Source: Octopus vulgaris (Eukaryota). From it: a DNA stretch of 64,000 nucleotides. Position 1 is the first letter of the stretch; each line of letters begins with the position of its first letter. The stretch lies in the NCBI GenBank assembly GCA_951406725.2, contig OX597825.1, forward strand, positions 20,832,001-20,896,000. Direction: 5' to 3'. A program made the translations under genes and the position numbers. Below the pieces are notes generated by a model, which searched no databases, had not been told where the DNA came from, and saw only the letters and a list, made by a program, of their open reading frames with translations. Positions 12,028-25,587 of this stretch are shown piece by piece.

Positions 12028-12395
12028 GCTCTTTCTCTTTCTCTCTCTCTCTCTAGCTCTTTCTCTTTCTCTCTCTCTCTCTTTGAACTACATGACTCTA
12101 TACCCAGGGTAGCCAAAATTGGTTTGTAGTAATTTCTTTTGTTTTGCTACAAGTCTTATTTTTTCAAAAGAGAAAGAAATAGTTTCAGCCAAATTTACCC
12201 CAGTATATTACCAGTACTTGGTTTACTGACCCTTACTCTCTCACACACTCACACACACACAAAGGAGATAAAGAGCAAGGTTGAAGGGCAAGAGGAGATT
12301 TTAATGTAGACCATAGCAGACCAAAATAAGAACTATATTGCAGTTAGCATGATGTTCTAGAATTTAAGCATTTCATCATTTCCATTCCTCTAGAA

Positions 12396-12625
12396 CAGCG
12401 GGTCCCAACGTTTTTGCACTCGCGACACCATACCCAAAAGCCTGAAACTGACCTCCACGCGACCTCCTACAATCAGTAGTTTGATTTACATTTCATGAAA
12501 TTAATATTACCCTAAGCCACTTCTAGCAAGGCTACGCGACCACCATCACCACCCCCTGCTACCAAGACTTCGTGCCCCTCCCCCCCCCCGGCCAGGGGTG
12601 AGGAACCCTCAGTTTGAAACCCCTG
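12396..12625. mobile_element. hAT (Charlie-like) MITE
   Basis: Ends CAGCGGGTCCCAAC / GTTTGAAACCCCTG; flanks CTCTAGAA / CTCTAGGC fit a degenerate 8-bp NTCTAGAN TSD. Confidence 0.8.
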
Positions 12626-12630
12626 CTCTA

Positions 12631-12700
12631 GGCCATTTTCATTTTTATCATAAAGGCCATTTTCATTTTTATCATAAAGGCCATTTTCATTTTTATCTAG
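12631..12700. repeat. 24-bp tandem repeat, about 3 copies
   Basis: GGCCATTTTCATTTTTATCATAAA x2 plus a partial third copy. Confidence 0.95.
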
Positions 12701-13382
12701 GTTCAAAAAACAATTCTTATAGGAGAAAGAATATAACCAATTAAATCAACCCCATGGTATAACTGGTACTTATTCTGCCTCTTTTTATTTTTCTGTGCAC
12801 AATTTTTCTTTTTGTTTTTTGTTTTTTTATTTTACTGATGACAGTCTTTTAATCTTCCTTATTCTTTAACCCTTTTTTCTTTCTTATTTTTATTTCTTTT
12901 TAAACCATTAATGTAACAAACCAGCAGTAAGGAGGTTATTCTGACAAAGCTAACCCCTTCATAATGATAACAGAGATTCTCTCGAAGCCAATTAATTTCC
13001 TGTATCACTATGGTTTCCTCAGCTATTTCAGCATCAGTTCAGGAATAAACATCAAAGTCGAGGAGCTATTAACACCAGTTGTTTCCAACACCATCAGATA
13101 AAACAGATAATTGCCAATCAAGTTGTTATGTTTATTAGTTTTGTAGCCTTCTGATTTCTTCAAAAGCCAGCAAAAACAGAGATGGTGCAATTTGACAATA
13201 TTTGATCAGAGAAACAATGATGCCATCTCTATTGAGATTTTCGCCCAACTTCCAAGAGAAAGCTTTTATTGTGTCAGATTTTCTGCTGCTGTCACTTGTC
13301 AAATTGGACAGCTTAAGGAATTTTTGATTTGGATATGACTTTAGACAAGTGTCATCAACTACACACACACACATATATATAT

Positions 13383-13777
13383 ACTCTTTTACTCTTTTAC
13401 TCTTTTACTTGTTTCAGTCATTTAACTGTGGCCATGCTCAAGCACCACCTTTAGTCGAGCAAATCAACCCCAGGACTTATTCTTTGTACGCCTAGTACTT
13501 ATTCTATCGGTCTCTTTTGCCAAACCACTAAGTTACACGGACGTAAGCACACCAGCATCGGTTGCCAAGTGATGTTGGAGGGACAAATACAGACACACAA
13601 ACACACATATATATACAATGGCTTCTTTCAGTTTCTGTCTACCAATTCCACTCACAAGGCTTCGGTCCGCCTGAGACCATACTGAAAGACACTTGCCCAA
13701 GGTGCCACACAGTGGGACTGAACCAGGAACCATGTGGTTGGTAAGCAAGCTACTTACCACGCAGCCACTCCTGCAGC
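13383..13777 (-). mobile_element. Full-length SINE family A
   Basis: Head to tail match to other copies. Confidence 0.9.
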
Positions 13778-13779
13778 TA

Positions 13780-13986
13780 TGTGACTGCGTGTGTACCATT
13801 GGCGATCTTTTTCCTCCATCTTCCCTTCTTCGGATCTTTCCTTTTCCTATGTTTCTGACGAAGAGCTCCGCTCAAGATGTTAAACCCTCGTTCTTTCCTT
13901 CTTTCCTGAGTGTCCAATAACACTATACTTATTCCACGTCCTCACGTTGTTGTGTTTTCTCTTTGTGTTTTCATGTTTGGATTAAC

Positions 13987-13990
<4 letters not shown>
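13780..13990 (+). mobile_element. Short element with a hammerhead-like motif at 13851-13885, ending in (TA)n
   Basis: GUUU CUGACGA A GAGC-UCC-GCUC AAGAU GUU AAAC (GAAAC decayed); homologous to 19580-19800 and 38800-39000. Confidence 0.6.
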
Positions 13991-14317
<327 letters not shown>

Positions 14318-14716
14318 GTACAACCACTGATACTTGATATATATGACCGTAGGAAACATGAGAAATTCTCTCCTCATATCCTATCCTAAACAAATCAAAG
14401 ACGGGGATTAAGAGGGATTGGCAGGGAGAGGGACAGAGTAAAACGATCGGTTATGACAGCTGACTGCAGCACACACACATACACACACACACACACACAC
14501 GCATAGAGCACATACCAGATCAATACTGATGCGATGTGCATGTTTTGTCTGCACTTTAAAATTTGGTGCAGAAAGATGATAGTGAGACATGGAATTGGAA
14601 TAGCAAACTGAGGCAAAATATATGAGTCATATATGACTTATATTATATATTCACAAGACTTGTATGAACAGGTATCAGGTATACACAGGTATTATGTACA
14701 GGTACATATACATTTG

Positions 14717-14747
<31 letters not shown>

Positions 14748-15252
14748 CATCATCATCTTCATCATCATCATCATCATCATCATCGTTTAACATCCGCTTT
14801 CCATGCTGGCATGGGTTGGATGATTTGACTGAGGTCTGGCGAACCAAATGGCTGCACCAGACTCCAATCTGATCTGGCAGAGTTTCTACAGCTGGATGCC
14901 CTTCCTAAAGCCAACCACTCTGAGAGTGTAGTCCAAGAGTGTGTATATATATATATAGATATAGATATAGGTAGCTAACCAGTCTTCTCATTGTATTTAT
15001 TATTCCTTATTGAGGTATATAGATATATAATTCAAATTTACAGAAAACAAAAGACAAAGACAGGTGTGGAAACAACAGGCAGGTGTATTAGTTTGATGCT
15101 TGGGAAGAATGGAAAAGTCTTTGACAGTTCAAGCTTATGCTCTTCAACAAAAAGGATTGAGATGGGGAAACAAATGGAGTGAGAACAAAACAAAAACAGA
15201 GAAAAAATATGCAGGGATAAGCAGTTTCACATGATGAAATGACCCTATATAG

Positions 15253-15300
<48 letters not shown>

Positions 15301-15579
15301 TAATAGTGTTGAAACAGCTGTAATTTACAAGATGTGTCATTTATTTGTTTAAAATAATAAAATTGAATTGAATTTATCATTTAATGATTAAATTATTTTA
15401 TTGTTCGATTTACTATTTTGGTTTCCGTTTCTAATTTATATTTATATATTGATAAACTATATGTTTATTTTTTATTTATTTATTTACCTATTTGATTGTT
15501 ATTTATATAGGTAAAAAAAACAGTAAATTCTTTGGATATTTAATATTCATTAGGTGGTTATTTAACACCTAGCTAAATG

Positions 15580-15624
<45 letters not shown>

Positions 15625-15926
15625 TATAACAAAAATACATATAGAGAAAATTGCATCTTTAACTGTAGGATTCACAAAGTCAACAATTGTTTCTATTCAT
15701 CATCGTCATCATCATCATCATCATTATTTAACATCTGCTTTCCATGCTAGCATGGGTTGGACGCCTATTGTATTAACATATTTAGATGTAGAAAATATCA
15801 TTGAAATTAATATTTCCACTTGCATTTTTTGGTGTCTGATTGTTGGATATAATTAACCAAATTTGTTTAAAATTGAGTGCTTTATTGATATTTGCCAGGA
15901 TTTTTTAATCCCTTTCTTTCTTCTAA

Positions 15927-15977
<51 letters not shown>

Positions 15978-16024
15978 CATACATACATGCATATACATAT
16001 ACACACACACACACATATATATAT

Positions 16025-16342
16025 CTTATGGCACTCTGTCAGTTACGACAACGAGTGTTCCAGTTGATGCAATCAACAGAACAGCTTGCTCGTGAAATTA
16101 ACATGCAAGTGGCTGAGTACTCCACAGACATGTGTACCCTTAACATAGTTCACTGGGAACTTCAGCATGACACAGAATGTGTCAAGGCTAGCTCTTTTTG
16201 AAATACAGGTACTACTAATTTTTGCCGGCTGAGTAGACTGGAGTAACGTGAAATGAAACCTTACTCAAGGACACAACACATCACCGGGAATTGAACTCAC
16301 AACCTCACAATTGTGAGCCTAACCACTAAGCCACGTGCCTTC
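16025..16342 (-). mobile_element. tRNA-derived SINE (family D-type head, different body)
   Basis: Reverse complement GAAGGCACGTGGCTTAGTGGTTAGG...GAGTTCAATTCCCGG...GTGTCCTTGAGTAAGG. Confidence 0.75.
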
Positions 16343-16429
16343 ACACAAACACACACACACATATATGCACATACAGGGAGGCAAAAGATAGAGATATGGG
16401 AAAGAAACATATGTATGTAGGGTCAAAAT

Positions 16430-16860
16430 ATAGGTGTGCATGTGTGTGTGTGACTGGTGTGTGGTGTGTGTGTGTATGGATGGTGTGTGTGTATGGTGTG
16501 TGTGTGTGGATGGTGTGTGTGGACGGTGTGTGAGTGTGTGTGTGTGTGTGTGTGTGTATGGATGGTGTGTGTGTATGGTGTATGTGTGGATGGTATGTGA
16601 GTGTGTGTGTGTGGATGGATGTGTGAGAATGTGTGGATGGTATGTGAGTGTGTATGTGGATGATGTGTGTGGATGGTTTGTGTGTGTGTGTGGATGGATG
16701 GTGTGTGCATGTGTGGACGGTATGTGTGCATATGTGTATATGTGTGTGGATGGTGGTGTGTGTGTGTGTGTGTGTGCAGATGGTACGTGTGCATGTGTGT
16801 GTGGATGGTGTGTGCGAGTGTGTGTAGATGGTGTATGTGAGTATGTGCATGTGTATAGAC
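16430..16860. repeat. Degenerate (GT)n/GGATG minisatellite
   Basis: Repeated GTGTGTGGATGG units. Confidence 0.9.
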
Positions 16861-17699
16861 AAAGAGACAGACAGGTAGACAGATCGTCATGATTTTGCAC
16901 CCACTTCCCATAAAGACAAGAGTTGACCTGGGTCTCTCACTTTCAGTCAGTTCTTCTTGTGTGTCAGTGCTATCATAGACAGACCAGGACCACATCTCAC
17001 TCAATCATTTCACTTTCAGAAGAGAAAAGGAGAGCAATGGCAGAAGAGCTGAGATGTATGGGTGCAGGGAGGGGAGCAAGAAGAGAAATGATGTGGAGCG
17101 ATGGAGTGAGTGATGGGTAATAGTAATACAGGTGAACAATGGTAAGAGAAAGCAATGGAAAACAATAAGAAGTAGCCTGGGGGAGAGTGAGTGATGACTG
17201 GCAGTACAGAAAGGGGTAAAAGTAGAATGTATTGAATGTGTAGGAACATGGCACAGTGGTTGGGGTGTTACACTCACAACTGTAAGGTTGTGGTTTTGAT
17301 ATACTGGCCAGGTATTACACTGTGTTCTTGAGCAAGATGCTTCATTTCATGTTGATGCAGTACATTCAGCTGAATGTGGGCTCCAGCAATAGTCAGAAAG
17401 TTTACCCTGTGATGGACCAGGATCCCATTCAGTTGTTCTGGGTAGGATGGTGGGGTAACCTCTTGTCACAGACATGCCATGGGAATAAGGTTCTCTGACC
17501 TAATTGGTCCTCAGGTTCATGACTGACTAAAGAATCTACAGAGCCCAATAAGATCCCTTGCACATACACCTAGTGATATGCAAATAAAATAGGGTGATGA
17601 GGGTGATGGTAGGAAGAGAAAGCACAGGGAGTTCCCATACCATCAATTGTTATAAAGTGGTATGAGTAATACTCTGCGTGTGCATGTGTATGTACAAAT

Positions 17700-18330
17700 G
17701 AGTGTGTGTGTGTAAGTGTGTGTGTAATTGTGTTTTAATATACATTTGCATATGTCTCAGTGAAGATACGTATATATGCATTTATATATACATATACGCA
17801 TTTAGGTATACATATAAGCTTGTATGTATGTATATACACATGTACATATGCATGTATGTATGTATATGTGCATGTATGTATATATGTATGTTTGTATGTA
17901 TGTACGTATGTATGTATGTATATACACGTGTACATATGTATGTATGTATGTATATGTGCATGTATGTATATATGTATGTTTGTATGTATCTATGTATGAA
18001 TGTATATATGTATGTATGTATGTATATATGTATGTATGTATGTATATATGTATGTATGTATGCATGCATGTATGTAATGATCTTTGTATGTATATATGTA
18101 TGCATGTATGCGTGCATGTATGTATGTATGTATGTGTGTATCTATGTCTATGTATGTATGGATGCATGTATGTATGTATGAATGAATGTATGCATGTATG
18201 CATGCATGTATGCATACATGCATACATGTACGTACATATGTATCTTTATGTTTATGTATATATGTATGTATGTATAAATATATGGATGTATGCATGTATA
18301 TATGTATCTATGTCTATGCATGTATGTATT
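17700..18330. repeat. (TATG)n-rich compound microsatellite
   Basis: Direct inspection. Confidence 0.92.
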
Positions 18331-19536
18331 TGTATCCTCCCAAGCCTACATTTGCCTCCACCCTTTTTCACTCCTGATTCCCCTCTCTTATCTACCTGTT
18401 GATCACCTTCCCTTTTTTTTCATCCATCTCCACCACCCACACCCCATGCACTTTAATTATATCATCTCCCTATTACTCATACTCCTTCATTTCTTATCAC
18501 CCCTCACCCCACCACCTACGAAGCTCACAAATTGCGTATAATAACCGCCCTGCATACAGCCCTCCCTTCCGCAAACACCACCACACCACTACCTGTCTCT
18601 CTACCTCCTCCTCCATCCCTCTCTTAGCATGTTCATGAGAGACTAATCTGATCCCTCCTCATCACGCTCTATGTGCTCACCTTCTTTCCTCTATCCATCA
18701 CCCTACTTCAATCATCCTTTTATTATCCACCCCTCTCTCTCTTTCACTCACTCTCTCTCTCTCATCCTGTACCACCACCACCTGTGATGTTTACCCTGGC
18801 CTACACAACCCACTCCACCACCCTTACCACTTTGTCCCCCACTTTCTAATCCCTTCCCACTACAGCTAATCCCTTCCTTTTCCTCTATCCCTTCCTTACT
18901 CTAAACCCCTAATAGTGTCTGCTCTGTTACACTCTCCACTACCACCACCCTCACAACTATGAATCTATTTCTCTCAACATATCTTAATATCTTTTATCAC
19001 TTTGCTTACAGTCATTCACTTTCTCTCCCCACCTCTCTCCCCTATTCTTCTTCATTTATAGGGGCCTCTTTAGGACCTTTAATCTTGCAAGCTGCAAAGT
19101 GTCCTTATCGGTGCTTCAGTCACAATAAAAGTACCCAGTACCCTCTGTACAGGGGTTGGTGCTAAGAAGGACACCCAGCCGTAGAAATCATAGCAGAACA
19201 GGTACTAGAACAGAACATGGTCCTGGGCCACATCCTTTTGAGTGTTGGGCCTCACAGGAGCAATAACTAAGACCTTTGGCATTATGTTGTACTTGAAGAA
19301 GGCCCATCAAGCCAAGCAGAATCACAGATACCGGTGTCATGCAAATGGCACTCATGCTGGTGGAACATAAAAGCACTCATTACACTCTCAGAGTGGTTGG
19401 CATTAGGAAGGGCATTCAGCTGTAGAAAACCATGCCAAGTTAGACTGGATCTTGGCACAGCCTTCCAGCATGCCAGCCCTGTTAAACTGTCCAATCCATG
19501 CCAGCATGGACAACAGGCATTAAATAACGATGATGA

Positions 19537-19572
<36 letters not shown>

Positions 19573-19796
19573 TACAAAATGTAACTACATGTGCATTGTT
19601 GGTGATTTATTTTCCTCCTTCTTTTTCTTTTGGACTTTCCCATTTTTCCTGTTTCCGAATAAGTGCTATGCTCCAAACGTAAAACAACCACTCTTTCTTT
19701 TCTTCTCTGAGCATTTTATTAATACTTTGCATGTCCCATGTCCTCATGTTGTTGTTGTTTTTTTCTTGTCTGTTTTTCTCCATTTTTTAAAAATTT

Positions 19797-19828
<32 letters not shown>

Positions 19829-19992
19829 TGTATGTATGTATGTATGTATGTATGTATGTATGTATGTATTATGTATGTTTGTATGTATGTTTGTATGTAT
19901 GTATATATGTATGCATGTATGTATGCATGTATGTATAAATATATATATATGTATATATATGTGTGTGTGTGTGTGTGTGCGTGCGTGTGTGT

Positions 19993-20327
19993 GAAGGCGC
20001 ATGGCTTAGTGGTTAGAGCGTTGAGCTTACGATTCTTAGGTTGTGAGCTCAAATCCTGGACCGGGCTGCATGTTGTGTTCTTGAGCAAGACACTTTATTT
20101 CACGTTGCTTCTGTTCACTCAGCTGTAGAAATGAGTTGCGACATCACAGGTGCCAAGCTGTAATTGGCCCCTTTGCCTTTCCCTTGGATAACACTGGTAG
20201 CATGGAGAGGGGAGGCCAGTATGCATGGGCAACTGCTGCTCTTCCATAAACAACCTTGCCCGGACTTGTGCCTGAGAGGGTAATTTTCTAGGTGCAATCC
20301 TACGGTCAGTGTTGTGACCGAAGGGGG
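19993..20327 (+). mobile_element. Full-length SINE family D
   Basis: tRNA head, GTGTTCTTGAGCAAGACACTT body, CCATAAACAACCTTGCCC...GGTGCAATCC 3' part; copies at 32200-32545 and 33601-33931. Confidence 0.88.
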
Positions 20328-20446
20328 TAAAAGAGTTAAATTTGTCTTCGGACTAGAGTCTGATGAGTCATCCACGAAGCTACAGCTTTCATAGATGTGA
20401 AACCATTGTTCATTTTATGACCTGACATTAAATTTATTACTTTAAC

Positions 20447-20497
<51 letters not shown>

Positions 20498-20500
<3 letters not shown>

Positions 20501-20893
20501 TTATATATAAAAGAAAGGTTGTGTGTCTGTCTACTCCGATTTAGATTCCTAACTACTCCCACATTTTGCGGTGCAGTTTAACCAAAACCAGGTATCTTAT
20601 AGTCGTGATTCATATCGAGCCCTTCTGGGTATTAGCACGCGTCTACGATGAGTCTACGATTAAAAAAATAATTTACCATCATTTTTTTCCATTCTAATGC
20701 ATTTTTCGCTATTATATAAGGGAAGTAACTCTCTAAAAATGTCTACGATGAGTCAACGATTTAAAAAAAATTTACCATCATTTTTTTTCCATTTTTAATG
20801 CATTTTTTGGCTATTTTTGGGCTATAACTCTCTAAAAATGCTTATATAGTTATTTCCCTTACAAACCCGAGCAACGCCGGGCGATACTGCTAG
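20498..20893 (+). mobile_element. Non-autonomous Helitron with an internal duplication
   Basis: A|TC start, CCCGAGCAACGCCGGG hairpin, CTAG|T end; GTCTACGATGAGTC...TAATGCATTTTT duplicated at about 20641 and 20741. Confidence 0.92.
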
Positions 20894-21487
20894 TAAATAT
20901 ATATATATATAATATAAGATTCAGTTGAATTAGGTACATAAATTGAGGCACCTCGTTAGGCTGGAATGATATACACACACAACAATATTATGTAAATATC
21001 AAACTTGGTACATAAGTACCAGCCGAATGATATACATTCATTGCATGTAGACAATTAGATCCAGCTGAGTGAAGAAATCCGCTCTCGCTCTATTCAGACA
21101 TGCACATTATATTAAATATACAGTCCATAATATTTACAAAGGGGACATTCGGAGAGAGGTGAAAAAAATATGTGTAGCAGTAGAGATACAGGTATCAATC
21201 CATTATGGCTGTTTCTAACAACTCCTTTAATTGATTAATGAAAATGTCACATCATGATAAAGAAACCGTTTTTGTCAGATGAATTTTGGCGTTAGGAAGG
21301 GCATCCAGCTGTAGAAACATTGCCAGATAAGACCGGAGCCTGGTGCAGCCTTCTGGCTTCCCAGATCCCCGGTCGAACCGTCCAACCCATGCTAGAATGG
21401 AGAACGGACGTTAAACGATGATGATGATGATGATGAATTCATCCACTTCAAAGTAAAGGACATTCAAAATGATTTAATATTGTTTAA

Positions 21488-21708
21488 CCCTTTTGTAACC
21501 AACCCGGCTGAAACCGGCTCTCGCTCTGTAATATAAATGTCTTGTTTTCATAAGCTTTTAATTAAAACCTTCCACCAAACCTTAGTCACAATTTATGTTC
21601 CTAACACTAGCTTTCTGATAACTAAGTTATTTTACAAAATTCTTTGTTATATTTAAAATAATTGAGAGAAACACAGAACATCTCAAAATAAATACAGTAA
21701 CGAAAGGG
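21488..21708. mobile_element. piggyBac-like MITE
   Basis: TTAA|CCCTTTTGTAAC ... GTAACGAAAGGG|TTAA. Confidence 0.85.
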
Positions 21709-21794
21709 TTAAAATCCATGGAGCATTTACAATGATTCTACTACTATTTCAGTTGACAGAAATATATACATATATTTATATATACATATATATA

Positions 21795-21932
21795 CCGGGT
21801 GATTCAAGAGTCACCATACATAGGAAAACTTTATTTTTTTTATAAGAAACAGCTAAATAAAAAAATCTGTTGGCCACAGCTCTGAGCTGAAACTAGATGG
21901 AAAAACTCTATGGCGACTTTTGAATTACCCAG
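21795..21932. mobile_element. Tc1/mariner-type MITE (138 bp)
   Basis: TA|CCGGGTGATTCAAGAGTCACCATA ... TATGGCGACTTTTGAATTACCCAG|TA. Confidence 0.85.
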
Positions 21933-22081
21933 TATATATATATATATATATATATATAGGTGAGAAAGTTAAATTCAAATTACACTGAACGTAAACAAAC
22001 AAACAAAGTTTGCTTTAGAAGCGTTAAGATATCTTCGAAAGTTAAAGAAGTGATTTTCAATTCTCAAACACAAGATATATA

Positions 22082-22117
<36 letters not shown>

Positions 22118-22121
22118 TGTA

Positions 22122-22152
<31 letters not shown>

Positions 22153-22181
22153 ATGTATGTTTGCATGCATATGTGTGTCTT

Positions 22182-22215
<34 letters not shown>

Positions 22216-22387
22216 GTCCACTCTGCTGGATAGTTGGAGTTAAGAAGGACATCCAGCTGTAAAAATCCTGCCAAAACAGTCACAGAAGTCTTGTGCAGGC
22301 TTCTGCTTGGCCAGCACCTGTTAAACCATTCCACCCATGCCAAGCATGGAAGCAGGCATTAAACAATGATGACGATGATGATGATGA

Positions 22388-22423
<36 letters not shown>

Positions 22424-22472
22424 TGTATGTATGTATGTATGTATGTATGTATGTATGTATATGAATGTGTGT

Positions 22473-22504
<32 letters not shown>

Positions 22505-22924
22505 AGAAAATAGAGAAATTGACATACAGACATCAGTTTATTCAAAAATATTCAAATCAATATGATATGAAATTCTTATCCCTACAGCCATTTTCATATC
22601 CAATTAATTCAATTAGAGAAATTAAATTGAATTAAATTAATCTAAAATTTTCATATTGAAAATTGGGTATTTTATCAGGGGAGAATTCCACACACATACA
22701 CACATACACACAAACACGCATACACACAAACACACACACAGCATAGAGCTATAATTAGGAGATGTATAATTTGATAGAGAAAGAAAGATTTATTTGTATA
22801 AGAACGTTTATGATGAAAAAATATGAATGAAGAGAAGCAAAAATGTAAAGAGAAAATATAGGCAGGAATATGTAGTAACTATTTTCTTTGTAAAATAAAA
22901 ATAAAATTGCAAGTACAGAAAAAG

Positions 22925-22966
<42 letters not shown>

Positions 22967-23269
22967 AATGTGGGAAGAAAAATATATAGGATGTCAAGAA
23001 TGAAGTAGATTAAATTTATTAAGTAATATGTAACAATCATCAGGGTTTTTTATAAATGAATTAGGTTAAGGAAGCAAGCGCAGAAGAAAAACTGCATGTG
23101 TAGAAGAAATAGATGGCAAAGAGAGAAGAAGAAATGTAAATGGTAAGTTCTCTGTTGGTTGTGGGTTGGAAAACAGTTCGCCGACACAACAGGACGGTTT
23201 TTGTCTTGGAGGCTGAATAGATGGTGTGGGGGGGGAGAAAGGGTAATAGGGAGAGGAGGGGGAGGAGGA

Positions 23270-23452
23270 GGACGACGACAATGACAACGATGATGACAAT
23301 GACGACAACAACGAAGAGGACAAGAAGAAGAAGACGACGACAAAGAAGAAGAAGAAGACAACGACGACAAAGAAGAAGAAGAAGACGACGATGACGACGA
23401 CGACGACGAAGAAGAGGAAGAAGAAGACGACGATGACGACGACGACGACGAC

Positions 23453-23484
<32 letters not shown>

Positions 23485-23870
23485 AGAAGAAGAAGAAGAC
23501 GACGATGACGACGACGACGACGACGAAGAAGAGGAAGAAGAAGAAGAGAAGAAGAGGAAGAAGAAGAAGAAGAAAAAGAAGAAGACGACGACGAAAAAGA
23601 AGAAGAAGAAGAAGAAGAAGAAGAAGAAGGAGGAGGAGAAGAAGACGACGACGACGACGACGAAGAAGAAGAAAAAGAAGAAGAAAAAGAAGAAGAAGGA
23701 GAAGAAGAAGACGACGACGACGACGAAGAAGAAGAAGAAGATGACAACGAACAAAAAGAAGAAGAAGAAGAAGAAGAAGAAAAAGAAGAAGAAGAAAAAG
23801 AAGAAGAAGATGACGACAAAGAAAAAGAAGAAGAAGAAGAACAACAACAACAACAACAACAACAACAAAG
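23270..23870. repeat. (GAA)n/(GAC)n/(CAA)n trinucleotide array
   Basis: Direct inspection. Confidence 0.95.
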
Positions 23871-24244
23871 AGACAAGCATAATGAAAAGCTAATTGACTA
23901 ATTAGATGTCAAAAATTTGCAGATGGATGGGTGGGGGAGATGGAAGGGGTTGAAATACAAAATAAAACAAATGGAAAATTAATGAGTTTTTTTTTTTTCT
24001 TGACATCTGTTTCTGGTAAATATGTACATTTTTTTCTTCACTTGCTTCTTTATTTTTATTTTTGTTTTGGTCATTGGACTGTGGCCATGCTGGAGCACAG
24101 CCTTGAAAGGTTTAAAGTGGAAGAACAGGTCAACCCCCAATGCTTATTTTTTAAGTTTAGTACTCATTTTATTGGTCTCTTTTGCCAATCTGCGAAGTAA
24201 CAAGAATTTAAACAAACCAACATCTGTTGTTAGGCAGTGGTCAT

Positions 24245-24698
24245 GTTTGTTTGTTTGTTTGTCTGTGGACAAGATATCTCAAGAATCACAGGATGCATTT
24301 GGATGAAATTATCAGGGATAATTTCTTACAAAAAATCTAATGCTCTTAGCTTAGACTTTTTGGGGGACAACCAGATCAAACAGTCTCAAGTGTAACTGCC
24401 CAAAACTGTAGAGACATCTGGTAACTTGACTGATGAAAGGATGCCACACAAATGACCAATCCCCAAGTCTAATTATCGTGAATGGCATGATTAGACTTGG
24501 GGATTGATCTGATACCGGACAAGGATTCTGGATTATTTTTCTGTTTTTTACTTAATTTTTGAGAGTGGTCAGGTTCATTTTTAGTATTCTCGTTTGTGAG
24601 AGCAGTCGAGTTTATTTCAGATATTCTCATTTTAAAAATCATTGAGAGGACGTTGGTGTTGCCTTGGCAGAGGTTTGCGCTTTCTGAATGCTCTTGTT
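24245..24698 (+). mobile_element. Helentron-associated (HINE/DINE-like) element, 5' end missing, with an internal insertion
   Basis: (TTTG)n-GTCTGT start, GATATCTCAAG...TTTGGATGAAATT core, 3' CCTTGGCAGAGGT subterminal repeat plus GCGCTTTCTGAATGC hairpin before TT. Confidence 0.65.
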
Positions 24699-24904
24699 AT
24701 TTACTATCTCGTTTTAGATAGACACTACGCTCCCTGTCTACCTATACAACTCATTCCTAATGCAAGCATAAAAAAACATTGATCTCATGGAAGTTCTATT
24801 GATAACAAATTCCATTGCAAAACTTAATATAACAATATCACACACTAGTACCAGTTCACACCTTGTTAACCTTCAACAGGAATGTGTCACATTACAGAAG
24901 ATTT

Positions 24905-25140
24905 TTCTTATTTCTTTATTGCCCACAGAAGGCTAAACATAGATGGGACAAACAAGGACAGATAAATGGATTAAGTCGATTATATCGACCCCAGTGCGTA
25001 ACTTATACGTATTTAATCGATCCCGAAAGGATAAAAGGCAAAGTCGACCTCGGCAGAATTTGAACTCAGAATGTAAAGACAGACGAAATATCGCTAAGCA
25101 TTTCGCCCGGCGTGCTAACATTTCTGCCAGTTTGCGGCCT
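24905..25140 (-). mobile_element. Full-length SINE family B
   Basis: Reverse complement: CTGGCAGAAATGTTAGCACGCCGGGCG...GAGTTCAAATTC...GCCTTTTATCCTTTCGGGATCGAT...GGGCAATAAAGAAAT. Confidence 0.88.
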
Positions 25141-25554
25141 TTTATTCTTTTGACTTTTGAGTTGCTTCCCTTGTTTTCAACTTGGGCATTGCCCAACAAA
25201 GTTTACCTATCCTCATTACAGGTATAATCTCAGATAACTGATGTTATTTTGTCTTGCTGAATTAAGTATGTCAAAACTTCATTTTTTTTAGACAATTTCC
25301 TGTTTGTGTTTACGTGAACAACCCAAATCTTCCAAACTCTACAATAAAACTGTGGAAAACAGAAAACATAACAAATAACCACTTTGTGAAATGGCTCATT
25401 CCGGAAAGCTCTTCAAACAGTTTATCATTCAAGGAGCTTTATTGTCCTGAACAACATAAAAGAACAACAAAATCAGGAAGTATGAGAAAATAAAATAACA
25501 TAAAACTGAAGTCCTGTTATGTTTTTAATAATGCAAATTTTCAAAGAAATGCTT

Positions 25555-25587
<33 letters not shown>

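Noticed and set aside
12631-12700. 24-bp repeats as a CRISPR-like array
   Set aside because: Contiguous tandem copies with no spacers, in a eukaryotic context with no cas genes
13135-13374. 79-aa ORF in unique sequence
   Set aside because: It starts within a (CA)n tract, has no recognisable motif and no convincing splice sites
23140-23148. ATG|GTAAGT strong splice-donor match
   Set aside because: No supported upstream exon or downstream acceptor; GGTAAGT also occurs in every SINE A head, so it is common here
25330-25460. Two minus-strand polypyrimidine-CAG acceptor-like sites
   Set aside because: The first is followed by stops in all frames, and the second gives only a short unrecognisable peptide with a weak donor
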